46,064 bases of DNA from an uncultured Gammaproteobacteria bacterium (GCA_964457465.1 CAYWEJ010000004.1:1-46064); one strand, 5' to 3'. Positions 1 to 9,433 are shown, numbered from the stretch's first letter. Numbers and translations are program-made. Notes: generated by a model not told the origin, from the sequence alone.

Positions 1-1
1 A

Positions 2-55
2 AAAGTTGCCAACGTTATTTATGAATACCTCATCAAGAATGCGTTGCTTCAGTAG
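2..55 (+). CDS. Probable 3' end of an upstream gene (partial)
   Basis: Open frame KVANVIYEYLIKNALLQ* runs from the window edge to TAG at 53-55; too short to identify. Confidence 0.3.
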   Translation, partial: KVANVIYEYLIKNALLQ

Positions 56-115
56 TATCGATATAGTTGGGTAATAATATTTGACGAATGAAGATAAAAG
101 TGTAACCATAAAGCT

Positions 116-1012
116 ATGCGCCTTTTTGCAAAACCGCAAAATAAAATATCGCCATATCATAAGCTTCATGCAAAATGGACGCAGAGGCATGCTTCCCTGA
201 AAGAGAAATTGGTCTCAAAACATAAAGAGTCTGTTGATTGGGTTGCAAAAAATATTCCTGCAAAACACCATATAGCTGCTGGTTCATTGAGTGGATTACT
301 TTTACTTACACCTCCTATTAGCGGCTCGCTTCCATCTGCATCAGGACAGACTCAAGAAAAGCCTTTGAGTCTTCCAAAGCAAGATTTTTTATTAGCAGAT
401 CTTCAGTCATCATTACCAAACGAAGTTCGTCCTCTTTCACCAGACGAAGAAACTAAGATAACCCAGCTCTTATCTGATCATTTTCATCTTTCTGTGAAAG
501 CTGAAATTGACGGAAAGAGACTAAATAGAAGTTATGGATTAATTGGAGCTGAGCAACACCTCATGAGATATCCAGGCGATACTATTGGTAGTCATTTTAC
601 ATCGCCTCAAGAGGCATCTTTGTATGCGAGATCGGGGATGGCGCCTGGCAGAGGCGCATGGGGATATTTTGCTTACTCTCAGGCTGAGATGGATCAGAAA
701 GATATTGAGCGTGAGAAGTACTATATAGCAGTACAAACTTTTTTATCATCAGGATACAGTGAGCATGTAAGAGAGTATTCAGAATTTTTTAAATTCCGAA
801 AAATGCTTGTTGTAAATCCACAAAATGGAAAGGCGATGGTTGTTGTCATTGGAGATGCAGGGCCGGCGGTATGGACAGGAAAACATTTGGGTGGATCTCC
901 AGAGGTAATGTCACATCTAGAGAGAGTAGATGGAAAGCAGCGTGGTCCTGTACTCTATTTTTTTATTGATGATCCAAACGACAGCATTCCGCTTGGACCT
1001 ATTGGAGTATAA
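116..1012 (+). CDS. Hypothetical membrane-anchored protein; C-terminus resembles an RlpA-like double-psi beta-barrel
   Basis: 298-aa ORF; hydrophobic stretch near aa 53-65; C-terminal YYIAV...LVVNPQNGKAMVVVIGDAGP...LGGSPEV pattern. Confidence 0.55.
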   Translation: MRLFAKPQNKISPYHKLHAKWTQRHASLKEKLVSKHKESVDWVAKNIPAKHHIAAGSLSGLLLLTPPISGSLPSASGQTQEKPLSLPKQDFLLADLQSSLPNEVRPLSPDEETKITQLLSDHFHLSVKAEIDGKRLNRSYGLIGAEQHLMRYPGDTIGSHFTSPQEASLYARSGMAPGRGAWGYFAYSQAEMDQKDIEREKYYIAVQTFLSSGYSEHVREYSEFFKFRKMLVVNPQNGKAMVVVIGDAGPAVWTGKHLGGSPEVMSHLERVDGKQRGPVLYFFIDDPNDSIPLGPIGV

Positions 1013-1020
1013 TAATAGTA

Positions 1021-1341
1021 ATGAAAAAACATTTTTATAGTCATATCATCAAGACAGAGTCAGTTGTCATAAAGCTTCACGAACTGGGGTTTTCTGAGGA
1101 GGAGAAGGCAAGCCTCATAGCATTGATGGATTCAAGTCTTCATCATGCTATACTGGATGCAATCCTGTCAGAGCTTACACCTTCTGATAAAAAGCTTTTT
1201 CTTGACACACTTTCAAAAGAAGATCATGAAGAAGTTTGGAAATTTTTGAGAGATAAAATTGAAGGGATAGAGGATAAAATTCAAAAAGCAGCAGATGGAT
1301 TAACAAAAGAATTGCATGAAGATATTAAAGGAGTAGCATAA
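1021..1341 (+). CDS. Hypothetical helical protein
   Basis: 106-aa ORF co-oriented and tightly packed with its neighbours; no recognisable motif. Confidence 0.65.
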   Translation: MKKHFYSHIIKTESVVIKLHELGFSEEEKASLIALMDSSLHHAILDAILSELTPSDKKLFLDTLSKEDHEEVWKFLRDKIEGIEDKIQKAADGLTKELHEDIKGVA

Positions 1342-1342
1342 T

Positions 1343-2419
1343 ATGGCAAAAGCAGCGAAAACAGTTTTGTATCTCACTGATAAAAATCTTTTGATCCAAA
1401 CCGAGAAATCACTAGTTAAGTCCATTACTTTCCCTCAAGTGCTTTTAGAAGATCAACACGTCGTCGATCTAGATGCTTTTACAACTTTTCTTATTAAAGA
1501 ACTCGACACTTTAGCTAAAAAGATTTCCCCAGTTATTGTGATATTGGGCACTGGAATATTATTTCAGAGTTTTGTCACTAAAAAAGAAGAGGTAACTATT
1601 GGTCAAGACACCCTTCGCTCAACATTGCCTTTTCCTCAAGAATACGTTTCAGAAAAGACAATATTAACACCTACAAAAATTTACTTATTAGCAACACACA
1701 AGCTATATATGCAGGCTCTTATTAACGCTTGTCGTGAAATAGGAATCGAATTGCAGTCTGTGCTACCTCTCACGCTTTTTAGTGATGAGGAAAAGGTTGA
1801 AAAGCTCAAAAAACCTGATGTAAAAGCGATTCTTTCAAAAAAGAAACTTCATGCAGTCGGGAATTTTCTTGAAGTTGTACCTGTAACACCTGTTGAGGAG
1901 TTAGAGCGAGTGCAAGAAGGAGCAGTAGGCGAGTCGTTTACCGGTTCATATAGAAAAGTTACCGCTTGGAATGTCTCTAGACTTCTCATAATTTTAGGAT
2001 TTCTTATTGTTTTAACAATCCTTATGGGAGGATTGTTGTATGTACAGTATCTTCACGTAAGTGGTCTTTCAAAACAAGCAGAGAGTACTGTGGTGCCAAC
2101 ACAAATTCCCACTCCAACTACAATTGCTGAGGAAGATCCAGCTAATCTTAAGGTTGTTGTGATAAACGGAACCGGGATTGCGGGTCAGGCAGGCAGGGTC
2201 AAGGATTTACTTTTTGAAGCAGGATACACAGATGCAACAACTGAAAATTCTGAGACAAAAGACTCTCAGAAAACAGAAATTGTCTTTTCATCAAAAGTCT
2301 CAGAGAAACAACAAAGTGAGATAAAAGAGCTACTACTTAAGACTTTCACTGCAGTAACCTCAAAAATAGACACAGAAGCTGATAAAGATATTCAAATAAC
2401 AACGGGTGAAGAGAAGTAA
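1343..2419 (+). CDS. Single-pass membrane protein with C-terminal LytR_C-like domain
   Basis: TM segment LLIILGFLIVLTILMGGLLYV; C-terminal LKVVVINGTGIAGQAGRVKDLL...GY...NS...TEIVF...DIQITTG matches the LytR_C pattern; AAGGAG upstream. Confidence 0.7.
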   Translation: MAKAAKTVLYLTDKNLLIQTEKSLVKSITFPQVLLEDQHVVDLDAFTTFLIKELDTLAKKISPVIVILGTGILFQSFVTKKEEVTIGQDTLRSTLPFPQEYVSEKTILTPTKIYLLATHKLYMQALINACREIGIELQSVLPLTLFSDEEKVEKLKKPDVKAILSKKKLHAVGNFLEVVPVTPVEELERVQEGAVGESFTGSYRKVTAWNVSRLLIILGFLIVLTILMGGLLYVQYLHVSGLSKQAESTVVPTQIPTPTTIAEEDPANLKVVVINGTGIAGQAGRVKDLLFEAGYTDATTENSETKDSQKTEIVFSSKVSEKQQSEIKELLLKTFTAVTSKIDTEADKDIQITTGEEK

Positions 2420-2446
2420 CAGCTACTTTTTGTTCTTACTATTTAC

Positions 2447-3037
2447 ATGCTAGAATCCTTTCCAATACCTATTGTCATAGGAAATAAATATGGGCATGAT
2501 ATTCGAGTACGTTGCGTTCCTCTTGCTGATGGTAGATCGTTATTTGATAATCAGCCTACCGAGAAAGACCTCAATCAAGCAATGCTAAGCAAGATTGCGC
2601 CTGGTGTGCATACATTTAATGGATATCAGCATCCTGTTCAGGTTTTGCCAAGTACAAATAGATTGTTTTTCCAACAAGTTGACGCAATAGGAAATAGAAA
2701 TATGCTAGCTAAAATATACATACTTGGTAGGCATTTCGAAAATTTTGTTGGAGAAAGAATTTCAGAAGATGATTCTTGGAGTATTGTCAGAGATTCGTAT
2801 GGAAATGCTGTATATGATGAGTATGGCCGTGTAAAAAAGGATGCGGAGACGTGCTCTTTTATTTCGATATCCTATACTCCATTTAGGCCTGGAAACGTAT
2901 CTGCTGGGTTGGTTAAAAATACTAAGGAAAATAAATATAGGTTTGACCAGATTAAGGCACTGTATATACGTGTAATGGCAGATCCAATTCAAGTTGAAAG
3001 AATGCAGGCAATTGAAAGAGAAGCAGGTCTAGGTTAA
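2447..3037 (+). CDS. Hypothetical protein (orphan)
   Basis: 196-aa ORF filling the gap between flanking genes; no motif recognised. Confidence 0.6.
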   Translation: MLESFPIPIVIGNKYGHDIRVRCVPLADGRSLFDNQPTEKDLNQAMLSKIAPGVHTFNGYQHPVQVLPSTNRLFFQQVDAIGNRNMLAKIYILGRHFENFVGERISEDDSWSIVRDSYGNAVYDEYGRVKKDAETCSFISISYTPFRPGNVSAGLVKNTKENKYRFDQIKALYIRVMADPIQVERMQAIEREAGLG

Positions 3038-3114
3038 TAAAGTAATGTCTGAACAAAGAAATTGAAACTGCAAGAATATCTTATTAGGATAGTAAATCTT
3101 CGTTAAGTCAAACA

Positions 3115-3143
3115 TTGCTAAATCGATACATTTTGCTTATAAT
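3115..3143 (+). promoter_or_regulatory. Sigma-70-type promoter for the sigma factor gene
   Basis: TTGCTA-17 nt-TATAAT, ending 9 nt before ATG 3153; no SD. Confidence 0.65.
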
Positions 3144-3152
3144 TCTCGATCT

Positions 3153-4292
3153 ATGGTTGAAGGCACAAGGGTAACACTTAAAGAAAGAATCGCAGCAAAA
3201 AGAGCTCTGGAAAAAGAAAGTTCAGATACTCAGATGGTCGCTGTGTCTGGTCAGACTGCAGCGCACTTAGCAATGTTAGATGAATTTTTAGGTGAAATAG
3301 ATAATGATTTAGGGCAAGATCCTGATGTTGTTTTTGATGCTTCAGGATTGAGAGAATTACAACCTGGAAAAGAGTACAGCATCACTGAATCGAGCAAAAC
3401 ACGAGCCCAGCCTGACTATTATAATCCCGATTCAATTAAGATGTATATGAACGAGATAGCGGAATCCTCACTTTTGACCCGAGAGGAAGTCACGGACCTG
3501 ACAGCAAGAATAAGAGAAGGTGATGATATTGCAAGAGAAATGCTTATTGCATCAAATCTCCGTCTTGTTGTTTTTGTAGCAAAAAAATATTATGGCCTTG
3601 GGATAGATGAGTTAGATCTTATTCAATATGGAAATATCGGACTCATGAGAGCAATAGAGACATTTGATCCTGAAAGAGGAGCTTTTTCAACATATGCCTA
3701 TCACTGGATACGTCAGGCTATTCGAAGAGGATTGGCGAATGATTCAAGAACGATCAGACTTCCCGATGTCGTACATGCAAATCTTCATAAGGCCAGAAAG
3801 ATGCAGGCAAAGCTTGAAATTGCGCTAGGAAGGAGACCTACCAATAAAGAGGTTGCTGATGCTTTAGGGATGAGTGAAGACAGTGTTGTTGAAGTGCTAG
3901 GTTTAGTTAATATGTCTACATCTCTGAATAAAAAAGTCGGCAATACAGATGAGGATGACGGAGAGTTGGGTGATTTTATTGAAGATAAAAGCAGTGGTCC
4001 TGAGGTAGAGGCAATTGAGAGTAGATCACGAATGGAAATTGCTGAGCTTCTGGGAATTTTTGATGATAGGCCAAGATATAGACAGATCCTCGAGATGAGA
4101 TTTGGTTTTGGTGAAGACGGAAGAGTACATAGCTTGGAGGAGATAGGAGATCATTTTGGTATTACACGTGAGAGAGTAAGAAATATTGAGGCAAAGGCAC
4201 TCCGGGAATTTAGACAAGATCCTAGAGCAAGAAAGTTAGTTAAAGAATATTTTGGACCTAGTAAAAATCCTTACGGATTAAGAAAAGAGTAA
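3153..4292 (+). CDS. RNA polymerase sigma-70 family factor (RpoD-like paralog, divergent)
   Basis: Region 1.2 SIKMYMNEI; region 2 SNLRLVV...[13 protein letters not shown]...[13 protein letters not shown]; region 4.2 [24 protein letters not shown]. Confidence 0.92.
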   Translation: MVEGTRVTLKERIAAKRALEKESSDTQMVAVSGQTAAHLAMLDEFLGEIDNDLGQDPDVVFDASGLRELQPGKEYSITESSKTRAQPDYYNPDSIKMYMNEIAESSLLTREEVTDLTARIREGDDIAREMLIASNLRLVVFVAKKYYGLGIDELDLIQYGNIGLMRAIETFDPERGAFSTYAYHWIRQAIRRGLANDSRTIRLPDVVHANLHKARKMQAKLEIALGRRPTNKEVADALGMSEDSVVEVLGLVNMSTSLNKKVGNTDEDDGELGDFIEDKSSGPEVEAIESRSRMEIAELLGIFDDRPRYRQILEMRFGFGEDGRVHSLEEIGDHFGITRERVRNIEAKALREFRQDPRARKLVKEYFGPSKNPYGLRKE

Positions 4293-5110
4293 ATTTTCTC
4301 AATATTCTCTTTGTCAGGACCATTTTTATCAAACCCCGGGACTTCAAGTATCATTGGCTTGTTATTAGTTAAAGGATCATTCATCAATAGCTTGAATTCA
4401 TTTTTTGGAATTTGTCCTACTCCAATATTTTCATGCCTATCGCGGTAAGACCCAAGAGGGTCCTTACTGTCATTTATCTGAAGGACTTCAAGAGCTTCTA
4501 ATCCTACAAGCTTATCAAAGTCGTTAAAATATTTTTTAAAAAGATCTGGAGTTGAAAGATCATAGCCTGCTCCCCATAAATGGCAGGTATCAAGGCATAC
4601 TTTTACTCTTTTGTTTTTTAGGTTTTTAATAATGAATCCAAGTTCTTCTAAAGTGCAGCAAATTTTTTTATTACCTGCATTTTCAATAATAAAAAAAGTT
4701 TCCTCTGGAGTATTATCAAGAACTTTTTGAATATTTGAAAATAGTACGTCATACTGTTTGGTTGTTGTTTTATCTTTTAATTTGAAAGAGCCTAGGTGAA
4801 TAATTGTTCCTTTGACATCCATTTTATTTGCCAGAGTAAGTTCATCAATAAGGTAGTTTGTTGATTTATTACCTATTGTTTCTGCATCAGCAAGATTTAC
4901 TAAATATGACGCATGAAAATATACAGGGTCTATATGATATGCTTTGCGTTTTTTCTTAAAAATATCTAGCTGCTCTGTGCTGATATCTGGACTACCCCAA
5001 TTTCGTGGTGATTGAGAGAAGATCTGTAGACAATTCCCACCAATTTTATGAAGTTTGTCTAGAGAATTATGAAAACCTCCTGCTATGGAGAGGTGCGCTC
5101 CAACTTTCAT
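4271..5110 (-). CDS. nfo: Endonuclease IV (AP endonuclease family 2)
   Basis: [46 protein letters not shown] and ILEVP motifs. Confidence 0.92.
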   Translation of the reverse strand: MKVGAHLSIAGGFHNSLDKLHKIGGNCLQIFSQSPRNWGSPDISTEQLDIFKKKRKAYHIDPVYFHASYLVNLADAETIGNKSTNYLIDELTLANKMDVKGTIIHLGSFKLKDKTTTKQYDVLFSNIQKVLDNTPEETFFIIENAGNKKICCTLEELGFIIKNLKNKRVKVCLDTCHLWGAGYDLSTPDLFKKYFNDFDKLVGLEALEVLQINDSKDPLGSYRDRHENIGVGQIPKNEFKLLMNDPLTNNKPMILEVPGFDKNGPDKENIEKIYSFLNP

Positions 5111-5115
5111 GAGGC

Positions 5116-5448
5116 TTAGTGATCCTTGTGGTATCGCTCGTTAATTTTTGTAAGCTTATCATTAATAGCGCGTTCAAGATCAACCCCAGCAGCATTTGCT
5201 AGCTGTACTGTAGTAATGATGACATCAGCAAATTCTTCATAAAAATTTCTTTTATCAAATCTTTCTAACTTTGACTTTCGTTGGAGCTTCAGCACGGAAA
5301 GCGTGTCATTACAAAGTTCACCAACTTCTTCATTAAGCTTTATTGTTTTTGTGAGTATTTCTTTTTCAACTTGTGTATTAAGTCGATAGATAACAGGTCT
5401 TTCCTTATCAAGGGTTTTAATGTTATCCTGAAGAGTTTTGAAGTCCAT
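5116..5448 (-). CDS. MazG-like nucleotide pyrophosphohydrolase
   Basis: KLNEEVGEL...EEFADV motifs. Start moved to ATG 5448 (MDFKTL) because the longer ORF overlaps the alkA start and a -10 box sits 7 nt upstream of 5448. Confidence 0.8.
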   Translation of the reverse strand: MDFKTLQDNIKTLDKERPVIYRLNTQVEKEILTKTIKLNEEVGELCNDTLSVLKLQRKSKLERFDKRNFYEEFADVIITTVQLANAAGVDLERAINDKLTKINERYHKDH

Positions 5449-5455
5449 TGCTATT

Positions 5456-5464
5456 ATTATAGCA
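5456..5464 (-). promoter_or_regulatory. Extended -10 promoter for the mazG-like gene
   Basis: TG-c-TATAAT on the minus strand, 7 nt before ATG 5448. Confidence 0.65.
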
Positions 5465-5501
5465 CAGTGTATCTTTTGCGATAATGTGTTATAACTATCG
5501 C

Positions 5502-6095
5502 ATGGATGAGGCAATAAAACACCTTAAAAAAAGTGATCCAATTCTAGCGGCGATTATTGAAAAAGTGCCGCCTTTTGAAAAACATAAAGCTGGAAATTAT
5601 TTTGAGGCACTATTGGAGTCGATAGTCTCACAGCAGCTATCAGTTAAAGCAGCAGATACGATTTGGGGGCGATTTATTGCATTGCTGCCTGAGAAAAAAG
5701 TGTTACCCGAGGAAGTTCTTAGGCTTGAAGATCAAAAAATAAGAGATGCAGGGATTTCATGGCAAAAAATTTCCTATATTAAAGATTTAGCAAAAAAAAC
5801 TGTGGAGAGTGGTATTCTATTTGAACAATTTGAGATCATGACTGATGAGGAGATAATTACAGAATTAGTAAAGGTAAAAGGTATCGGACGTTGGACTGCT
5901 GAAATGTTTTTGATGTTTGCAATGGACCGACCTGATATATTCTCGTATGGTGATCTTGGGCTTCGTCGTGCAATCGAAAAAGCATATCAGCTTGGTCATG
6001 AACCTACACAAGTAGAAGCTGTGAAAATAACTGAGAAGTGGAAGCCATACAGGACAATCGCATGTCGGTATCTTTGGAAAAGCCTTGAAATATAG
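5502..6095 (+). CDS. alkA: DNA-3-methyladenine glycosylase (AlkA/HhH-GPD family)
   Basis: SIVSQQLSVKAA, HhH motif VKGIGRWTAEMFLMF, DLGLRRA, W-x-PYRT; start taken at MDEAIK. Confidence 0.88.
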   Translation: MDEAIKHLKKSDPILAAIIEKVPPFEKHKAGNYFEALLESIVSQQLSVKAADTIWGRFIALLPEKKVLPEEVLRLEDQKIRDAGISWQKISYIKDLAKKTVESGILFEQFEIMTDEEIITELVKVKGIGRWTAEMFLMFAMDRPDIFSYGDLGLRRAIEKAYQLGHEPTQVEAVKITEKWKPYRTIACRYLWKSLEI

Positions 6096-6130
6096 TGTGA
6101 TTCATCTTCTGTGACAACTTAATTTTCATG

Positions 6131-6139
6131 TGGTATTCT
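6131..6139 (+). promoter_or_regulatory. Extended -10 promoter for the ldh-tkt unit
   Basis: TG-g-TATTCT, 6 nt before ATG 6146. Confidence 0.6.
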
Positions 6140-6145
6140 GGATAT

Positions 6146-7141
6146 ATGCAAGTTGCATTTTTTGAAATAGAAGAATGGGAAAAGTCTTCTCTTGAGAAAA
6201 AATTAGAAGGCCATACTATGTCTTTTTCTTCAGGGCCCATTACTTCTGACTTCCCTGAACTTGGAGAGGTCGAGGTCTTGTCGATTTTTATTTATTCACA
6301 AATTGATAAAACTATCCTTGATAAGATGCCATCTTTAAAGATGATTGTAACAAGATCGACAGGTTATGATCATATAGATATTGATGCATGCAAAGAAAGA
6401 AATATAGTTGTCACAAATGTTCCTGAGTATGGCACACAGACTGTTGCAGAGCATACCTTTGCATTGTTACTTGCCATTTCTAGAAAATTAATACCTTCTG
6501 TGGAAAGAGCTCGAAAAAGTGACTTTACTCTCGACGATCTTCGAGGTTTTGATCTTTACAAGAAAACAATCGGAGTGATTGGAGCTGGGCATATCGGGCA
6601 AGCAGTTATCAAGATCGCAGATGCTTTCGGAATGGATATTTTAGTGTACTCGCAGCATCAGCAGATGGAGATGGCACTTAAGTATGGATTTATGTATGTA
6701 GATCTTGATCATCTGCTCAAAGTGTCTGACATCATCACTTTCCATGTACCACTTACCGATGAGACTAAGCACATGCTGCATAAAGGAAATATCACAAAAT
6801 TGAAAAAAGGAGTTGTCATCCTTAATACCGCAAGAGGTGGCATCATCGAAACCGAGGCTCTTCTCATGGGTCTTGAGCAGGGCATTATCCAGGCTGCGGG
6901 TATAGATGTTTTGGAAGAGGAATGTTTTATTAAGGAAGAACGCCAGTTACTTACTGAGCAATTTTTAAAAGAGTGCGACTTGAAAACCTCTCTGCTTAAT
7001 CATGTACTTGTGACAAAAGATAATGTTTTGATTACGCCACATAATGCATTTAATAGTAAGGAAGCGTTGCAAAGAATACTGGACGTTACGATAGAAAACA
7101 TTATCGCATTCAATCAGCAAAAACCTATCAATACAATATAA
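6146..7141 (+). CDS. D-isomer-specific 2-hydroxyacid (D-lactate-like) dehydrogenase
   Basis: RSTGYDHID, NVPEYG...VAEH, GAGHIG, NTARG, DVLEEE and TPHNAF motifs; start taken at MQVAFF. Confidence 0.9.
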   Translation: MQVAFFEIEEWEKSSLEKKLEGHTMSFSSGPITSDFPELGEVEVLSIFIYSQIDKTILDKMPSLKMIVTRSTGYDHIDIDACKERNIVVTNVPEYGTQTVAEHTFALLLAISRKLIPSVERARKSDFTLDDLRGFDLYKKTIGVIGAGHIGQAVIKIADAFGMDILVYSQHQQMEMALKYGFMYVDLDHLLKVSDIITFHVPLTDETKHMLHKGNITKLKKGVVILNTARGGIIETEALLMGLEQGIIQAAGIDVLEEECFIKEERQLLTEQFLKECDLKTSLLNHVLVTKDNVLITPHNAFNSKEALQRILDVTIENIIAFNQQKPINTI

Positions 7142-7154
7142 TTTTGTACTCCAT

Positions 7155-8999
7155 ATGACTGATTTTAATGCGTGGGAGAAGAAGGCTTCTTTTCTACGAA
7201 AACTTATTCTTACATCAACAACTGAAGCAGGCTCTGGGCATGCAACTTCATGCTTGTCATCAGTAGACATGATGACTGTGCTTTTTGATACTTATTTTTC
7301 ATATGATGTAAAGGATCCTTTGTATGTTGGGAACGATAGGCTTATCCTTTCAAAAGGACATGCTTCTCCACTTTTTTATAGCCTCTTTGCAATGAGCGGT
7401 GCATTTCCTGTTGATCATTTAAAAGATTTGAGAAAATTTGGCAGTGATTTGGAAGGACATCCAACAAAACATTTCCTATTTGCTGATGCCGCAACAGGTT
7501 CTTTAGGACAAGGATTATCGGTAGGTGCAGGGATAGCTATTGGTCTTAGAAAAAATATAACAAGTCCTCTCCCCTTTGTTTATGTACTGATGGGTGATGG
7601 AGAGTTGGCGGAAGGTCAGGTTTGGGAGGCTGCAAACTTTTCTTCCTATTACCAACTGCATAACATAGTGACAATGGTAGATGTTAATCGACTTGGTCAA
7701 AGTCAGCAGACCATGTTTGGGCACGACGTTTATGAATACGACAAGCGGTTCCAGTCTTTTGGGTTTGACACTTATGTTATTGACGGACATGATTTTTCAG
7801 AAATTACCAACGCATTTCACGATATTTCTGAGTCAAAATCAAGCAAGCCAAAGGTTATATTAGCAAAGACAATAAAAGGAAAAGGGGTTTCTTTTTTAGA
7901 AAACAGAGACAACTGGCACGGTAAGGCTTTGTCAAAAGAAGAACTTCAAAGGGCGTTGATAGAGCTTGACGTTGATGAGTCCTATGACTCATTTAGCCTT
8001 AAAAAACCTCTACTTGTTGATCATAAGCAGAAAATCATTGTGGACTCCCCTATAGAAATTGAATTTAAGGAAAACGAAATTGCTTCAACAAGGGAGGCAA
8101 TAGGTATTACATTGCAAGAGAAAGCAAAAGAGCATCATGATCTCATTGTTTTAGATGGTGATGTTTGTAATTCAACATACACGTCATTAATCCGTGATGA
8201 CTATCCCGATCAATTTATTCAGTGTTTTATAGCTGAACAGAACATGGTGAGTGTGGCAGTTGGATTATCTAGAGTTTTTTATAAGCCTATCATCGCAACT
8301 TTTGCAGCTTTTTTGACAAGAGCAGCTGATCAGATCAGGATGGCTGCTATATCACAGGCGTCACTCTTTTTTGTCGGTACGCATGTTGGGGTCGAGATCG
8401 GTGAGGATGGGCCTTCTCAAATGGGACTTGAAGATATATCACTTTTTGGGACGATACCTGATAGTATTGTTGTGCAGCCATCTGATGCGGTTTCGGCATG
8501 TGCTCTCACCTCCCTGCTTTTGAAACAGCGTGGGATAAGATATATCCGAGGCATGAGGTCAAAAATGCCTGTTTTATATAAAAAAGATGAAGCATTTCCT
8601 CTTGGTGGGTCAAAAACTTTGCGCTCGAGCAGTGAAGATGTGTTATTGGTTGTAGCAAGTGGTGTGACCGTTCATGAAGCTCTTAAGGCCTGGGAAGAAC
8701 TTCAAAAGATTGGTGTGCATATCCGAGTTATTGATTGTTATAGCATTAAGCCTTTGGACATTTCCACTTTGAAGAAAAGTTTGCAACAAACAAAAAAGAA
8801 TATTATCATCACCGTTGAAGATCATTTTCAGCATGGGGGGTTAGGTGATTTTGTAATGAGTCAGTTGGCAAAGGATGAGGTTATCATTCATACACTATCC
8901 GTTACGCATATTTCTCGTTCAGGATTATCTACTGACCTTCTTTCAGATGCAAAGATCGATGCGCTCTCAATTGTAAATAAAGTAAAGGAATTAGTATAG
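7155..8999 (+). CDS. tkt: Transketolase (single chain)
   Basis: GSGH, ILSKGH, LEGHP, TGSLGQG, ThDP motif GDGELAEG...DVN, IAEQNMV, GEDGPSQ and VEDH. Confidence 0.92.
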   Translation: MTDFNAWEKKASFLRKLILTSTTEAGSGHATSCLSSVDMMTVLFDTYFSYDVKDPLYVGNDRLILSKGHASPLFYSLFAMSGAFPVDHLKDLRKFGSDLEGHPTKHFLFADAATGSLGQGLSVGAGIAIGLRKNITSPLPFVYVLMGDGELAEGQVWEAANFSSYYQLHNIVTMVDVNRLGQSQQTMFGHDVYEYDKRFQSFGFDTYVIDGHDFSEITNAFHDISESKSSKPKVILAKTIKGKGVSFLENRDNWHGKALSKEELQRALIELDVDESYDSFSLKKPLLVDHKQKIIVDSPIEIEFKENEIASTREAIGITLQEKAKEHHDLIVLDGDVCNSTYTSLIRDDYPDQFIQCFIAEQNMVSVAVGLSRVFYKPIIATFAAFLTRAADQIRMAAISQASLFFVGTHVGVEIGEDGPSQMGLEDISLFGTIPDSIVVQPSDAVSACALTSLLLKQRGIRYIRGMRSKMPVLYKKDEAFPLGGSKTLRSSSEDVLLVVASGVTVHEALKAWEELQKIGVHIRVIDCYSIKPLDISTLKKSLQQTKKNIIITVEDHFQHGGLGDFVMSQLAKDEVIIHTLSVTHISRSGLSTDLLSDAKIDALSIVNKVKELV

Positions 9000-9003
9000 A
9001 AAT

Positions 9004-9381
9004 ATGTCATTTCAACACCATCATGAAAAAAGAAAAATTATGGTAAATCTTTTTACGATACCAATGTTTATTATTATTTTGATAGTAGCAACATATTTTA
9101 ATAAGCCAATTAGAAGAATCATAGAAATCCCGCAAAAAATCGTTCAAGGGGTTCATGATAATCGTCTTGAGGATATAAAAAAAGAAAATTTTTCTCAAGA
9201 GATTGTTGCTGATACTAAAGATCAGTTTAGTAATCTAAAGCAAGATGTATTATATATGACGGTTCATGATGTTCTTTCAATAGCAACAAGAAGTACTAAA
9301 ATCATTAATGATCTTAACTATATTCAAAGAGAAGGTGGAAAAATTCTTGATAGATATACTCGACTAGATTTCCTCAGATAG
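9004..9381 (+). CDS. Hypothetical protein with N-terminal TM segment
   Basis: 125-aa ORF; hydrophobic aa 13-32. Confidence 0.6.
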   Translation: MSFQHHHEKRKIMVNLFTIPMFIIILIVATYFNKPIRRIIEIPQKIVQGVHDNRLEDIKKENFSQEIVADTKDQFSNLKQDVLYMTVHDVLSIATRSTKIINDLNYIQREGGKILDRYTRLDFLR

Positions 9382-9386
9382 ATTTG

Positions 9387-9420
9387 TTGACATCCTCAAG
9401 TATTATCAGATACCCTTGAG
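9387..9420 (+). promoter_or_regulatory. Promoter overlapped by an inverted repeat, upstream of the NRAMP gene
   Basis: TTGACA (9387-92)-18 nt-TACCCT (9411-16); CTCAAG (9395-9400)-N14-CTTGAG (9415-20). Confidence 0.45.
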
Positions 9421-9433
9421 TTATCTCTAGGGG

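Noticed and set aside
4271-4292. 22-nt convergent overlap of the sigma gene and nfo
   Set aside because: Short tail-to-tail overlaps are common in compact genomes (also yjjX/nth, NUDIX/yqeY); no extra structure seen.
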